Shown here one piece after another: positions 29,008 through 37,041 of a stretch of DNA of 64,000 nt. How positions within the stretch are numbered: the stretch's first letter is position 1; each line of letters begins with the position of its first letter. The notes beneath the pieces are model-generated. The model made no database searches and was not told the DNA's origin. It worked only from the letters and a program-made list of their open reading frames with translations. The position numbers and the translations under genes were made by a program. This DNA is from Candidatus Thiomargarita nelsonii (GTDB taxonomy: Bacteria; Pseudomonadota; Gammaproteobacteria; Beggiatoales; Beggiatoaceae). Location of the stretch: NCBI GenBank assembly GCA_000785145.2, contig JSZA02000037.1:1992-65991 (forward strand), in the 5' to 3' direction.

Positions 29008-29538
29008 TTAGCCCCTTTTCTGTAACATCTTTTTAGTATCTGGTCCCATCGGTAATCTGTAATCATAAGAACTCAAAATCACATTGTCTGCCGCACGGAC
29101 TAATTTTGCGGTGACATAGACGGTTCCTTTGCTTGAGCCATAAGTCCCCACGACAACAGCATACGCATCATGTTGGAGACTGATTTGGCGTAATTTTCTC
29201 GATAACAGTAACTCTCCCGTCTTTTCTTGAACGAAGACTGTGCCACGCATCTTCATTTCAATCACCTTGTAACCTCGTTGGACTAGGCGAGAGCCGATTT
29301 GTTCGGCAGTCATCCGACCAAAGGTGGAAGATTGTTGTACATTGTCAATATTGACAAAACTGGTCACCAAAATAGCCTGTTTCGTATCAATCCCACTTTT
29401 GTTAGCGGCTTTTAGGAGTTTATCAGCAGCACTATAGCTACTACTGACTAAATTATAATCTTTAACAAGAGAAGCACACCCAGCTATCGCTACAGTGAGC
29501 AAGCTGGCATAGAATAAGGTCAAGGTTTTTTTCATCAT
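29008..29538 (-). CDS. FlgO-like / LpoB-like outer-membrane lipoprotein
   Basis: Lipobox IAGC; VTSFVNIDNVQQSSTFGRMTAEQIGSRLVQRGYKVIEMKMR...GELLLSR...AVVVGTY pattern. Confidence 0.4.
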   Translation of the reverse strand: MMKKTLTLFYASLLTVAIAGCASLVKDYNLVSSSYSAADKLLKAANKSGIDTKQAILVTSFVNIDNVQQSSTFGRMTAEQIGSRLVQRGYKVIEMKMRGTVFVQEKTGELLLSRKLRQISLQHDAYAVVVGTYGSSKGTVYVTAKLVRAADNVILSSYDYRLPMGPDTKKMLQKRG

Positions 29539-30224
29539 TTATTAACTACCTGATAAGTTTTGCTTAGGTTTTCGTAGTGATCAGAATCGCCATCATTGAT
29601 ATAGTAAATGCGAGAATCACCAAAAATGTATTGTTGATTCTTTGTGACTAAGGTGGTGATCAGGACTTCTGTATTGGTTTCTCCTGGGTATTTGTACCTT
29701 ATGGCGGATTTGATGTCTCCGGCAATGGCAAAAGGAATGGCAACCACTCCTGGGTGTTGCCAATTGTCTATCGCTTGTTTCACAAAAAACACGCCACCTG
29801 TTAAAGCCGTCAGTAGTCCAGGTGGCGAATAAGTTTTACGGCGATCTTTATGGTAAAGGACCTGCATGTCATAACCAATAACGAGATGATCGCCAGCGTA
29901 TTCAGTATCGTCGCTTAAAACAAGCATGCCTTGTTGTACCAATTTTGTGGTGAGTAGATTGGAAAAGGCTTTACCAAAAGGTTTTTTCTTTTGCTCATCA
30001 GTGATCTTAATCACTAAAGGCGGTTTATCGGCGGCCTTGGAAAATGTCAAATCGACACTCTTTTTCAGTCGTTTAGCAACATCATAAGCTAAAACATTCC
30101 AATGGTGTGCAGCCTGCATTTTTTGTTGCGTCGTCGTTGCATAAGACGTGGCGACGGGTATCGGTCTATGGGTGCAAGAAGCGCCCAATAGGGTGACAGT
30201 TGCTATTAGCAAATAGCCTTTCAT
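29535..30224 (-). CDS. Lipoprotein, unknown function; 4-nt overlap with the downstream lipoprotein gene
   Basis: Lipobox LLGASC; 229 aa. Confidence 0.45.
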   Translation of the reverse strand: MKGYLLIATVTLLGASCTHRPIPVATSYATTTQQKMQAAHHWNVLAYDVAKRLKKSVDLTFSKAADKPPLVIKITDEQKKKPFGKAFSNLLTTKLVQQGMLVLSDDTEYAGDHLVIGYDMQVLYHKDRRKTYSPPGLLTALTGGVFFVKQAIDNWQHPGVVAIPFAIAGDIKSAIRYKYPGETNTEVLITTLVTKNQQYIFGDSRIYYINDGDSDHYENLSKTYQVVNK

Positions 30225-30280
30225 AGAAACTCCTCTATTTGAATAAAAAAATAAAATATAAAAAATATAAAAAATATAAA

Positions 30281-30312
30281 AATCCTATTTCTTTAAGAAA
30301 TAGGATTTTTCG
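30281..30312 (-). terminator. Same hairpin family with T-runs on both strands; first terminator-like structure downstream of gspD and the array
   Basis: AAAAATCCTATTTCTTTAAGAAATAGGATTTTT. Confidence 0.55.
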
Positions 30313-30945
30313 TCCAAAATAAATTTTGGACTCCAAATTGTTGTTTCGGGAATGGAGCTCCGCGGATTTCCCGCAACGAAGTAAGCGAAGCTAAACCATT
30401 TAAAATAAAATAAAATCTAAAAGTCCAAAATAAATTTTGGACTCCAAATTGTTGTTTCGGGAATGGAGCTCCGCGGATTTCCCGCAACGAAGTAAGCGAA
30501 GCTAAACCATTTAAAATAAAATAAAATCTAAAAGTCCAAAATAAATTTTGGACTCCAAACAACGAAGTAAGCGAAGCTAAACCATTTAAAATAAAATAAA
30601 ATCTAAAAGTCCAAAATAAATTTTGGACTCCAAATTGTTGTTTCGGGAATGGAGCTCCGCGGATTTCCCGAAACCATTTAAAATAAAATAAAATCTAAAA
30701 GTCCAAAATAAATTTTGGACTCCAAATTGTTGTTTCGGGAATGGAGCTCCGCGGATTTCCCGCAACGAAGTAAGCGAAGCTAAACCATTTAAAATAAAAT
30801 AAAATCTAAAAGTCCAAAATAAATTTTGGACTCCAAATTGTTGTTTCGGGAATGGAGCTCCGCGGATTTCCCGCAACGAAGTAAGCGAAGCTAAACCATT
30901 TAAAATAAAATAAAATCTAAAAGTCCAAAATAAATTTTGGACTCC
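30312..30945. repeat. Tandem composite hairpin array: 6 units (111, 111, 75, 92, 111, 111 bp) plus a terminal hairpin
   Basis: Each unit is GTCCAAAATAAATTTTGGACTCC + TTTCGGGAATGGAGCTCCGCGGATTTCCCGCAAC + GAAGTAAGCGAAGCTAAACC + an AT-rich linker. Unit 3 lacks the CGGGAA hairpin, and unit 4 lacks the GAAGTAAGCG module. Confidence 0.95.
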
Positions 30946-30992
30946 AAAGTAATTAAATCATACTTTTTAAAGTGATGCGAGTGTTTTTTGAA

Positions 30993-33188
30993 TCAGTGAC
31001 TGGGTAGCTCTCCCCACTCACCTACCAAAACTTGTTGTTCATTTAATAATTGTGTTACCAACTTTAAGCGTTTTTTGAACTGGATCACCAATGGTCGATT
31101 ATCCGCCTCGGGGTTGACAATTTGGGGGACGATGATAAGTGCCAGTTCTGTGCGATCTCGTTTTTTGTCAGTTGACGAAAACAGCATTCTGCCGATGAAT
31201 GGTATATCTTTAAGTAGTGGTATACCTTGTTGATCGTCGCGTTCAATCGTTTCAATTAAACCCCCTATGATTATCGTGCTACCATCACGTACCACAACGG
31301 ACGTTTCTATTTTACGAGTAATAAACGATTGTAGCTGTTGCGTTGTTTTCGGTTCTCCAAGTTGTGACAATTCTTGAAATATTTTCAGGTTAATAATCCC
31401 ATCGTCATTGATGCGGGGTGTCACCTTGACCGTGATACCTGTATCTTTATATTGTACATCGTTAGACAATATTTGATTATTTGTTGAAGAGGTATTGACT
31501 CCACTCAGAAAGGGTTCACTAGAACCGATATTAATTGAAGCTTCTTCGTTATTGCGTACCAAAAGAGAGGGGCGCGACAAAATACTCACCTCATTATTTG
31601 AGGCCACCATATTTAACACCGCATTTAAACCACCTGAGAGATAATTGAGTGTCAAGCCGGTAAAACCGGCAAGCGAAGCTGTGTTATTATTAGTATCGCT
31701 TGAAGAAGTTGAAGAAGCCGCAAAGTTAGCATCAGGCACACTAAAATTCGAGCCGATGCTACCGTGAGTTCCCCTCAAAAGGGCTTGCCAATCAATACCA
31801 AATTGACTAGCCTCCGTCAGTTTCACTTCGGCAAGCACCACATTGATCATCACTTCTTTAGGCACTTGATCAAGTGTATAAATGGTTTCTAATAATTGCC
31901 GATAATCACGCGCACTGGCACGTACCAATAAACTGTTGGTACTCTCATCCGCGACAATAGTGACTTTTAAATCGGCTGAAACCGTTTTGCTCCCGTTCGG
32001 TGTCGGGGATGACGGTGGTTTTTTATCTTTTTTATTTTTAGCCGTTGGAAAAGCCTTTTGTTGTGTTTTCTGGCGTTTTTGTTTCTCTTCAGCGGCTTTG
32101 TCGAGTTTAAAAACACTTGACAAGGTTGATGCCAATTTAGAGGCTTCCAGATTTTTGACTTTATAAATAAACACCTGCTCGCCGCTTTCATCACTTCTCT
32201 CATCAAGAATCTCAACCCAAGTTGCGACTTCATTAAAACCACTATTGGGCGGTGTCACCACTAAAATCGCATTGATACGCTCTAAGGCAATCACTTGGTA
32301 AGTCGGCGGCGTCTTGTTGTAGATGGCTTTGAGTATCTTATCTAACTCGGCTTGTACCTCCGTTGCTTTGGAATTGATCAATCTAAATAAACGCATACCA
32401 CGATGCAAAAAAGGATCCGCATCAATGATGTGAAGCAATTTATTGACACGTTTTAAGTATTGTGGTGTTGTGATAATGCCAATTATATTGAGCGTTGGCA
32501 AAGTAATAATACGCCCTTTCGGCTGTATCAACGGATTAATCACCGTTTGAGCGGCTTGGGCGGTGATATAGCGTAGCGGCGTAATTTGTAGGACTTCTGG
32601 TGATGTACTACTGGTTAAAGTTTGAGGCGTTATCCCGATAGTGCCTGGCAATTTTCGGTCAACTTTTTTTAGATAATAAACCCCCCTTCTTTTTTCCATG
32701 CTGACACCCGCATCATTTAACAGCATTTGTAATAAAGGCCATAAATCCTTTTTTGTTAAAGGTTTATCCGATGCTGTGCGTATAGTCACTTTACTATTAA
32801 TCGTGGGATCGATCACCACAGAAAGATTTAAAGCATCAGCAATGATGTCAATGATTTGCCGTAATGGCACTTGTTCAAAATCTAATTCAATCGGGTCATT
32901 ATTGGACAAATGACCCATATCCAGTGCCCGATCTGTCACTGTCGTTACCGTTGGCAACCGCCCAGTTTTATTGACCTTTTTTAAGGGGTTAACTTGAGCA
33001 GGTGGTGGCGGCGCAGCAATTGCCGGCTCAACGGGGGCTTGTTTAACCGTCGGGCGCAGTTTTTGTAATTCACGCTTGGCTAATTGTTGGGCACTGATTG
33101 GGGGTTTTTTGCGTTTAGGGGGTGTATTACAAGCCACTAGCATACTGCTGCCTAATAACACCACAATTATTTGTTTTAATAAAAACAT
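30993..33188 (-). CDS. gspD: Secretin, GspD family (type II secretion-like)
   Basis: N0-like VPLRQIIDIIADALNLSVVIDPTINSKVTIRT; secretin C-domain ...IPLLKDIPFIGRMLFSSTDKKRDRTELALIIVPQIV; lipobox-like LVAC; internal K/P-rich insert. Confidence 0.8.
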   Translation of the reverse strand: MFLLKQIIVVLLGSSMLVACNTPPKRKKPPISAQQLAKRELQKLRPTVKQAPVEPAIAAPPPPAQVNPLKKVNKTGRLPTVTTVTDRALDMGHLSNNDPIELDFEQVPLRQIIDIIADALNLSVVIDPTINSKVTIRTASDKPLTKKDLWPLLQMLLNDAGVSMEKRRGVYYLKKVDRKLPGTIGITPQTLTSSTSPEVLQITPLRYITAQAAQTVINPLIQPKGRIITLPTLNIIGIITTPQYLKRVNKLLHIIDADPFLHRGMRLFRLINSKATEVQAELDKILKAIYNKTPPTYQVIALERINAILVVTPPNSGFNEVATWVEILDERSDESGEQVFIYKVKNLEASKLASTLSSVFKLDKAAEEKQKRQKTQQKAFPTAKNKKDKKPPSSPTPNGSKTVSADLKVTIVADESTNSLLVRASARDYRQLLETIYTLDQVPKEVMINVVLAEVKLTEASQFGIDWQALLRGTHGSIGSNFSVPDANFAASSTSSSDTNNNTASLAGFTGLTLNYLSGGLNAVLNMVASNNEVSILSRPSLLVRNNEEASINIGSSEPFLSGVNTSSTNNQILSNDVQYKDTGITVKVTPRINDDGIINLKIFQELSQLGEPKTTQQLQSFITRKIETSVVVRDGSTIIIGGLIETIERDDQQGIPLLKDIPFIGRMLFSSTDKKRDRTELALIIVPQIVNPEADNRPLVIQFKKRLKLVTQLLNEQQVLVGEWGELPSH

Positions 33189-33198
33189 AGATAAGTTA

Positions 33199-34401
33199 TC
33201 AGAAATTCATGTCATTTATACTGAAAATAGCCGATAACATAGTAATGACTATCGCACCGACTACCACGCCTAAAACTAAAATCAACATGGGCTCTAAAAA
33301 AGCCACTAGCCGTGATGTTTGTTCTTTGACATAGCCATCAAAGGTTTCGGCGAGTTGATTTAAAATAGGTGCTGTGCGCCCAGCTTCTTCTCCCACTATC
33401 ATTAATTGTGCTAATAGCACCGGAAATTTTCCATCATTAACTAAGGCTTTTCCTAAACTTGTTCCACCGCGCACAGCCTCTTCAATTTTAACAAGACTAT
33501 TGACAAGACTTTGGTTTTCCATAACGCCTTTTGCAATATTCAGGCCTTTTAATAAAGGGATGCCCGCCCCCAGTAAGGCGCCCAAGGTTCGACAAAAACG
33601 CGACGTTTCTGATCGCAAAATTAATTGTCCAAACAGGGGCGTCGATAGCATGAACTCATCGCGTTGTAAACGTCGCTCTGCTGTGGCGTCCAATTCTCTC
33701 CAACCATACCACAGCACAAAAGGCACACCGACTAAAGTCCAGCCGTAACTCCTCAGCCAATCGCTTAAACCTAATAAAAAAGCGGCAGAAGGTGGAATAT
33801 TTGAGCCCATATCCTCAAATAATGTAGCAAAGGATGGCACAACAAACACCATTAATAATAGCACACTTAAAAAGCCGACAACGCCGAGGATGATAGGATA
33901 AATCATTGAAGATAGAATAGTACGTTTAGCCTCTTCGGCGGCTGTTAGAAAATCGGCTAACTTCGGTAATAATTGATCTAAAATGCCGCCTTCTTCGCCC
34001 GCATGTACCATATTAACATACATGTGTGAAAAAATATCGGGGCGTGTCCGTAGGGCATCAGCTAAACTTTTGCCCTCTTTCACGTCGCGGCGCAAATCTT
34101 CAACTAATTGTTGTACAATTTGTTTTTCAGTGATGCCTTCAAGTAGTCCCAAAGCGCGATCTAAAGGTACATGCGCCTCAATTAAGGTACACAGTCCATT
34201 GGTAAAATCAATCACATCACGATTTTTAATGGACGGTTGGAATAATTGGCTACTTTCAGCTTGTTGCTCCACTTTGAGTGGTATCAGTTGCTGATTTTGT
34301 AATGTGATAACAACTTCCTGCTCGCTTTCGGCGCTCAGTTGTCCATTTTTAAGGTTGCCCTCAATATCACAAGCTTGATAAGTGTATTGATGGATTGCCA
34401 A
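33199..34401 (-). CDS. gspF: Type II secretion system F-family (GspF/PilC) inner-membrane platform protein
   Basis: 400 aa with a duplicated T2SSF domain and 3 TM helices. TTG start with AGGAGA RBS 8 nt upstream. Confidence 0.85.
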   Translation of the reverse strand: MAIHQYTYQACDIEGNLKNGQLSAESEQEVVITLQNQQLIPLKVEQQAESSQLFQPSIKNRDVIDFTNGLCTLIEAHVPLDRALGLLEGITEKQIVQQLVEDLRRDVKEGKSLADALRTRPDIFSHMYVNMVHAGEEGGILDQLLPKLADFLTAAEEAKRTILSSMIYPIILGVVGFLSVLLLMVFVVPSFATLFEDMGSNIPPSAAFLLGLSDWLRSYGWTLVGVPFVLWYGWRELDATAERRLQRDEFMLSTPLFGQLILRSETSRFCRTLGALLGAGIPLLKGLNIAKGVMENQSLVNSLVKIEEAVRGGTSLGKALVNDGKFPVLLAQLMIVGEEAGRTAPILNQLAETFDGYVKEQTSRLVAFLEPMLILVLGVVVGAIVITMLSAIFSINDMNF

Positions 34402-34432
34402 ATGATTTTATCTCCTTAGATTAAAAAGCACT

Positions 34433-34561
34433 GTAACTACTCAGCCTCTCGCTCCCACGCTCTGCGTGGGAGTGTATGTTAGCACCGCTCTGCGGTGCGG
34501 GACGCGGAGCGTCCCAGTATGCATTCCCACGCAGAGCGTGGGAACGAGGGTAGCTGAGTAG
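34433..34561. mobile_element. 129-bp multi-hairpin element flanked by the 12-bp direct repeat TTAAAAAGCACT
   Basis: Direct repeats at 34421-34432 and 34562-34573. Imperfect termini TAACTACTCAGC / GCTGAGTAGTTA. Internal hairpins TCCCACGC..GCGTGGGA (x2) and GGGACGCGGAGCGTCCC. Confidence 0.75.
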
Positions 34562-35116
34562 TTAAAAAGCACTTAGAAAAAAGCTTTCCGGAAATTTTTC
34601 TGTAATCATCATAGTCGCCTGACGATTGGTAAATACACAATAGGTACGAAATAGCAGATTTATATTTGGCTCAATGCGAAAATAATGCGCTAATTTTTCA
34701 GGCGCTGGCTCTTTTCCTGAGTCCACAATTTCTTTAAATGACTCGATTCTGTGTTCAAGCCAAAGTTTACCAATTGGGGTTTTGGTTTTAAGCAATTCAT
34801 TTCTAAAATCTTCATCGAGTCTCTCAATAACGACAATTGATTCGGCATAAATATAATTTTTACGACTAATGCGCCCCCTGAGTAAAATTTCTCTATCAAT
34901 AACCTCAGTTCCTTTTTTTAGGTGCATAACAGGTATATCCTGTGCGATAGATTTTAAGGTTTCACTTAATTTAATAAGCTGAATTTGCTCCGAAAAATAG
35001 GATTCTAACATGTCGGTGACTGATCCATCAGTTGTCAATAAAATCCTTTGAAATGTACTCAGGGCTGATGGATCGATATGGCTGCGATTTAGGCTTTGCT
35101 GTAGATCATTCCTCAT
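34562..35116 (-). CDS. Chorismate lyase (UbiC)/DUF98-fold protein
   Basis: RILLTTDGSVTDMLESYF motif; 184 aa. Confidence 0.6.
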   Translation of the reverse strand: MRNDLQQSLNRSHIDPSALSTFQRILLTTDGSVTDMLESYFSEQIQLIKLSETLKSIAQDIPVMHLKKGTEVIDREILLRGRISRKNYIYAESIVVIERLDEDFRNELLKTKTPIGKLWLEHRIESFKEIVDSGKEPAPEKLAHYFRIEPNINLLFRTYCVFTNRQATMMITEKFPESFFLSAF

Positions 35117-35784
35117 AATTATATTTTATCAGTATTTGTCCTTACGCTGCCGCTTTGGACTCCAAAAATTTGATGTATCGATATTGCGCTATCAACTGGG
35201 CATAAGGATGCTCCATTTTTTCAGGCGGAGGGCTGAGTACCTAAGCATCATATATATTAGACTTGTCCCTAATTAAACAAGAAATGCCATTTTTTCAAAA
35301 AATGGCATTTCTAAAAGTTTAAAAAGGTATTTTCCTTGGCATAATGGCGTTGTGTCGTACCCTACAATATCTCCCAACGGCATTGTTTTTTTTAAATGCA
35401 AACTGTGTCGTTTTGTTTTTCGAGCCAGTCTATATAGAGACTTTCAACGAATTTGGGCAAGCTTTAATCAAAACGCAATGGCTCATCCGTTGACTCCCCA
35501 AATCCGTTGTACTATAAGGATAAATCAAAACCGATTTAAAAATTGTAGGGTGGGTAACGTCTTTTTGTTACCCACCAGCCCACGACGACACAACAACCAA
35601 GGAAAACACCGTATATAAATTAAGATTTAAAAAAGGATAAGTCAAAACCGATTTAAAAATATATAGAGACTATCTTTGAGCAGCGTATCCACATTAATTT
35701 TAATCCGTTGACTCCCCATACGAAGTAACGGAACTTCGTTGCGTCAATCCCAAAAAAAAAACCTTGAATCACTGATTTTACTGA

Positions 35785-36261
35785 TTACACGGATAACACA
35801 AACCCATCAAAAAAACCACAATAGGTACGAAATAGCAAATTTATATTTGGTTCAATGCGAAAATAATGCGCTAATTTTTCAGGTGCTGGCTCTTTTCCTG
35901 AGTCCACAATTTCTTTAAATGACTCGATTCTGTGTTCAAGCCAAAGTTTACCAATTGGGGTTTTGGTTTTAAGCAATTCATTTCTAAAATCTTCATCGAG
36001 CCTGTCGATAACGACAATTGATTCGGCATAAATATAATTTTTACGACTAATGCGCCCCCTGAGTAAAATTTCTCTATCAATAACCTCAGTTCCTTTTTTT
36101 AGGTGCATAACAGGTATATCCTGTGGAATTTGCTCCGAAAAATAGGATTCTAACATATCGGTGACTGTTCCATCAGTTGTCAACAAAATCCTTTGAAAAG
36201 TACTCAGGGCTGATGGATCGATATGGCTGCGATTTAGGCTTTGTTGTAGATCATTCCTCAT
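35785..36261 (-). pseudogene. Truncated duplicate of the UbiC/DUF98-like gene
   Basis: Near-identical to 34562-35116, but with a ~26-aa internal deletion. The last ~25 codons are replaced (…TYCGFFDGFVLSV*). Confidence 0.65.
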
Positions 36262-36497
36262 GATTATATTTTATCAGTATTTGTCCTTACGCTGCCGCTT
36301 TGGACTCCAAAAATTTGATGTATCGATATTGCGCTATCAACTGGGCATAAGGATGCTCCATTTTTTCAGGCGGAGCCCAGAGTGCTGAGCACCTAAGCGA
36401 ATATATCATATATATCAGAATTTTCGTTGTTTCGGGAATTTCGCTGCGCGGATTTCCCGATACGAAGTCCTCACCGCCATAGAGTTGAAATTAAAAC

Positions 36498-36526
36498 TTG
36501 CATTCCCACAACAACCAACATAAAAT
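36498..36526 (+). promoter_or_regulatory. Candidate sigma70-type promoter of the giant gene (TTGCAT-N17-TAAAAT)
   Basis: The -35 and -10 hexamers have a 17-nt spacer, ~37 nt upstream of ATG 36563. The same arrangement is conserved at 54601-54629. Confidence 0.4.
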
Positions 36527-36562
36527 ACCCCCACAAAAAAAACCAGGAGACAAAACCAAACC

Positions 36563-37000
36563 ATGCCAAACCCAACAAAAACAAAGAGGATTCTCCTCAT
36601 ATTAACCAGCCTACTCGCATTAGGCACAGCACTACCCAGTGCAGCCAACCCCGCGATAGACTGGCTCATCACAACCGCCCAAACCAATGGCGCCTACACC
36701 ACCGAAAACGACATCGCTACCCCCTTCACAGCCACCGCAGAAACTCTACAAACCCAAAACTTTCCCAGCACAAAAAGGCTCTCCCAAACACTCATACTCC
36801 ACGCCCTCGCTGGACAAGCACTTGAGCCTATCACCAGCCAACTCATCACACGACTTAATCTCGATGGCGGCATTGGCGATCTCAGCGACTACGACAGCAC
36901 CATCATAGACACCGCCTGGGCACTCAACGCCCCAATCAATGCCATCGCCGTTAAGGGCAACCATAAAGGATTGCCCCTACAAAAATGGCATATCACGTAG
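36563..37000 (+). CDS. N-terminal fragment of the giant secreted protein (signal peptide + prenyltransferase/terpene-cyclase-like repeats), terminated by a stop inside an inserted element
   Basis: MPNPTKTKRILLILTSLLALGTALPSAANP signal; LNLDGGIGDLSDYDSTIIDTAWALNA. The reading frame enters the element at 36937 and stops at 36998-37000. Confidence 0.75.
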   Translation: MPNPTKTKRILLILTSLLALGTALPSAANPAIDWLITTAQTNGAYTTENDIATPFTATAETLQTQNFPSTKRLSQTLILHALAGQALEPITSQLITRLNLDGGIGDLSDYDSTIIDTAWALNAPINAIAVKGNHKGLPLQKWHIT

Positions 37001-37041
37001 GGGCAACACCCTAGTGGTTGCCCTTAACGGCGATGGCATTG
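36937..37041. mobile_element. 105-bp REPIN/MITE-like palindromic element inserted in the giant gene, flanked by AT/AT
   Basis: 26-nt perfect terminal inverted repeats CAATGCCATCGCCGTTAAGGGCAACC / GGTTGCCCTTAACGGCGATGGCATTG, enclosing GTAGGGGCAA-type REPs. Deleting the element plus one AT (107 bp) fuses the two ORFs in frame. Confidence 0.85.

Noticed and set aside
30293-30950. Possible CRISPR array (regularly spaced palindromic repeats), and two track ORFs (30293-30562, 30586-30876)
   Set aside because: The segments between the palindromes are identical to one another, so they are not unique spacers. The period is 111 bp and modular, and no cas genes or leader are present. The ORFs are just translations of the tandem repeat (the same peptide reiterated).
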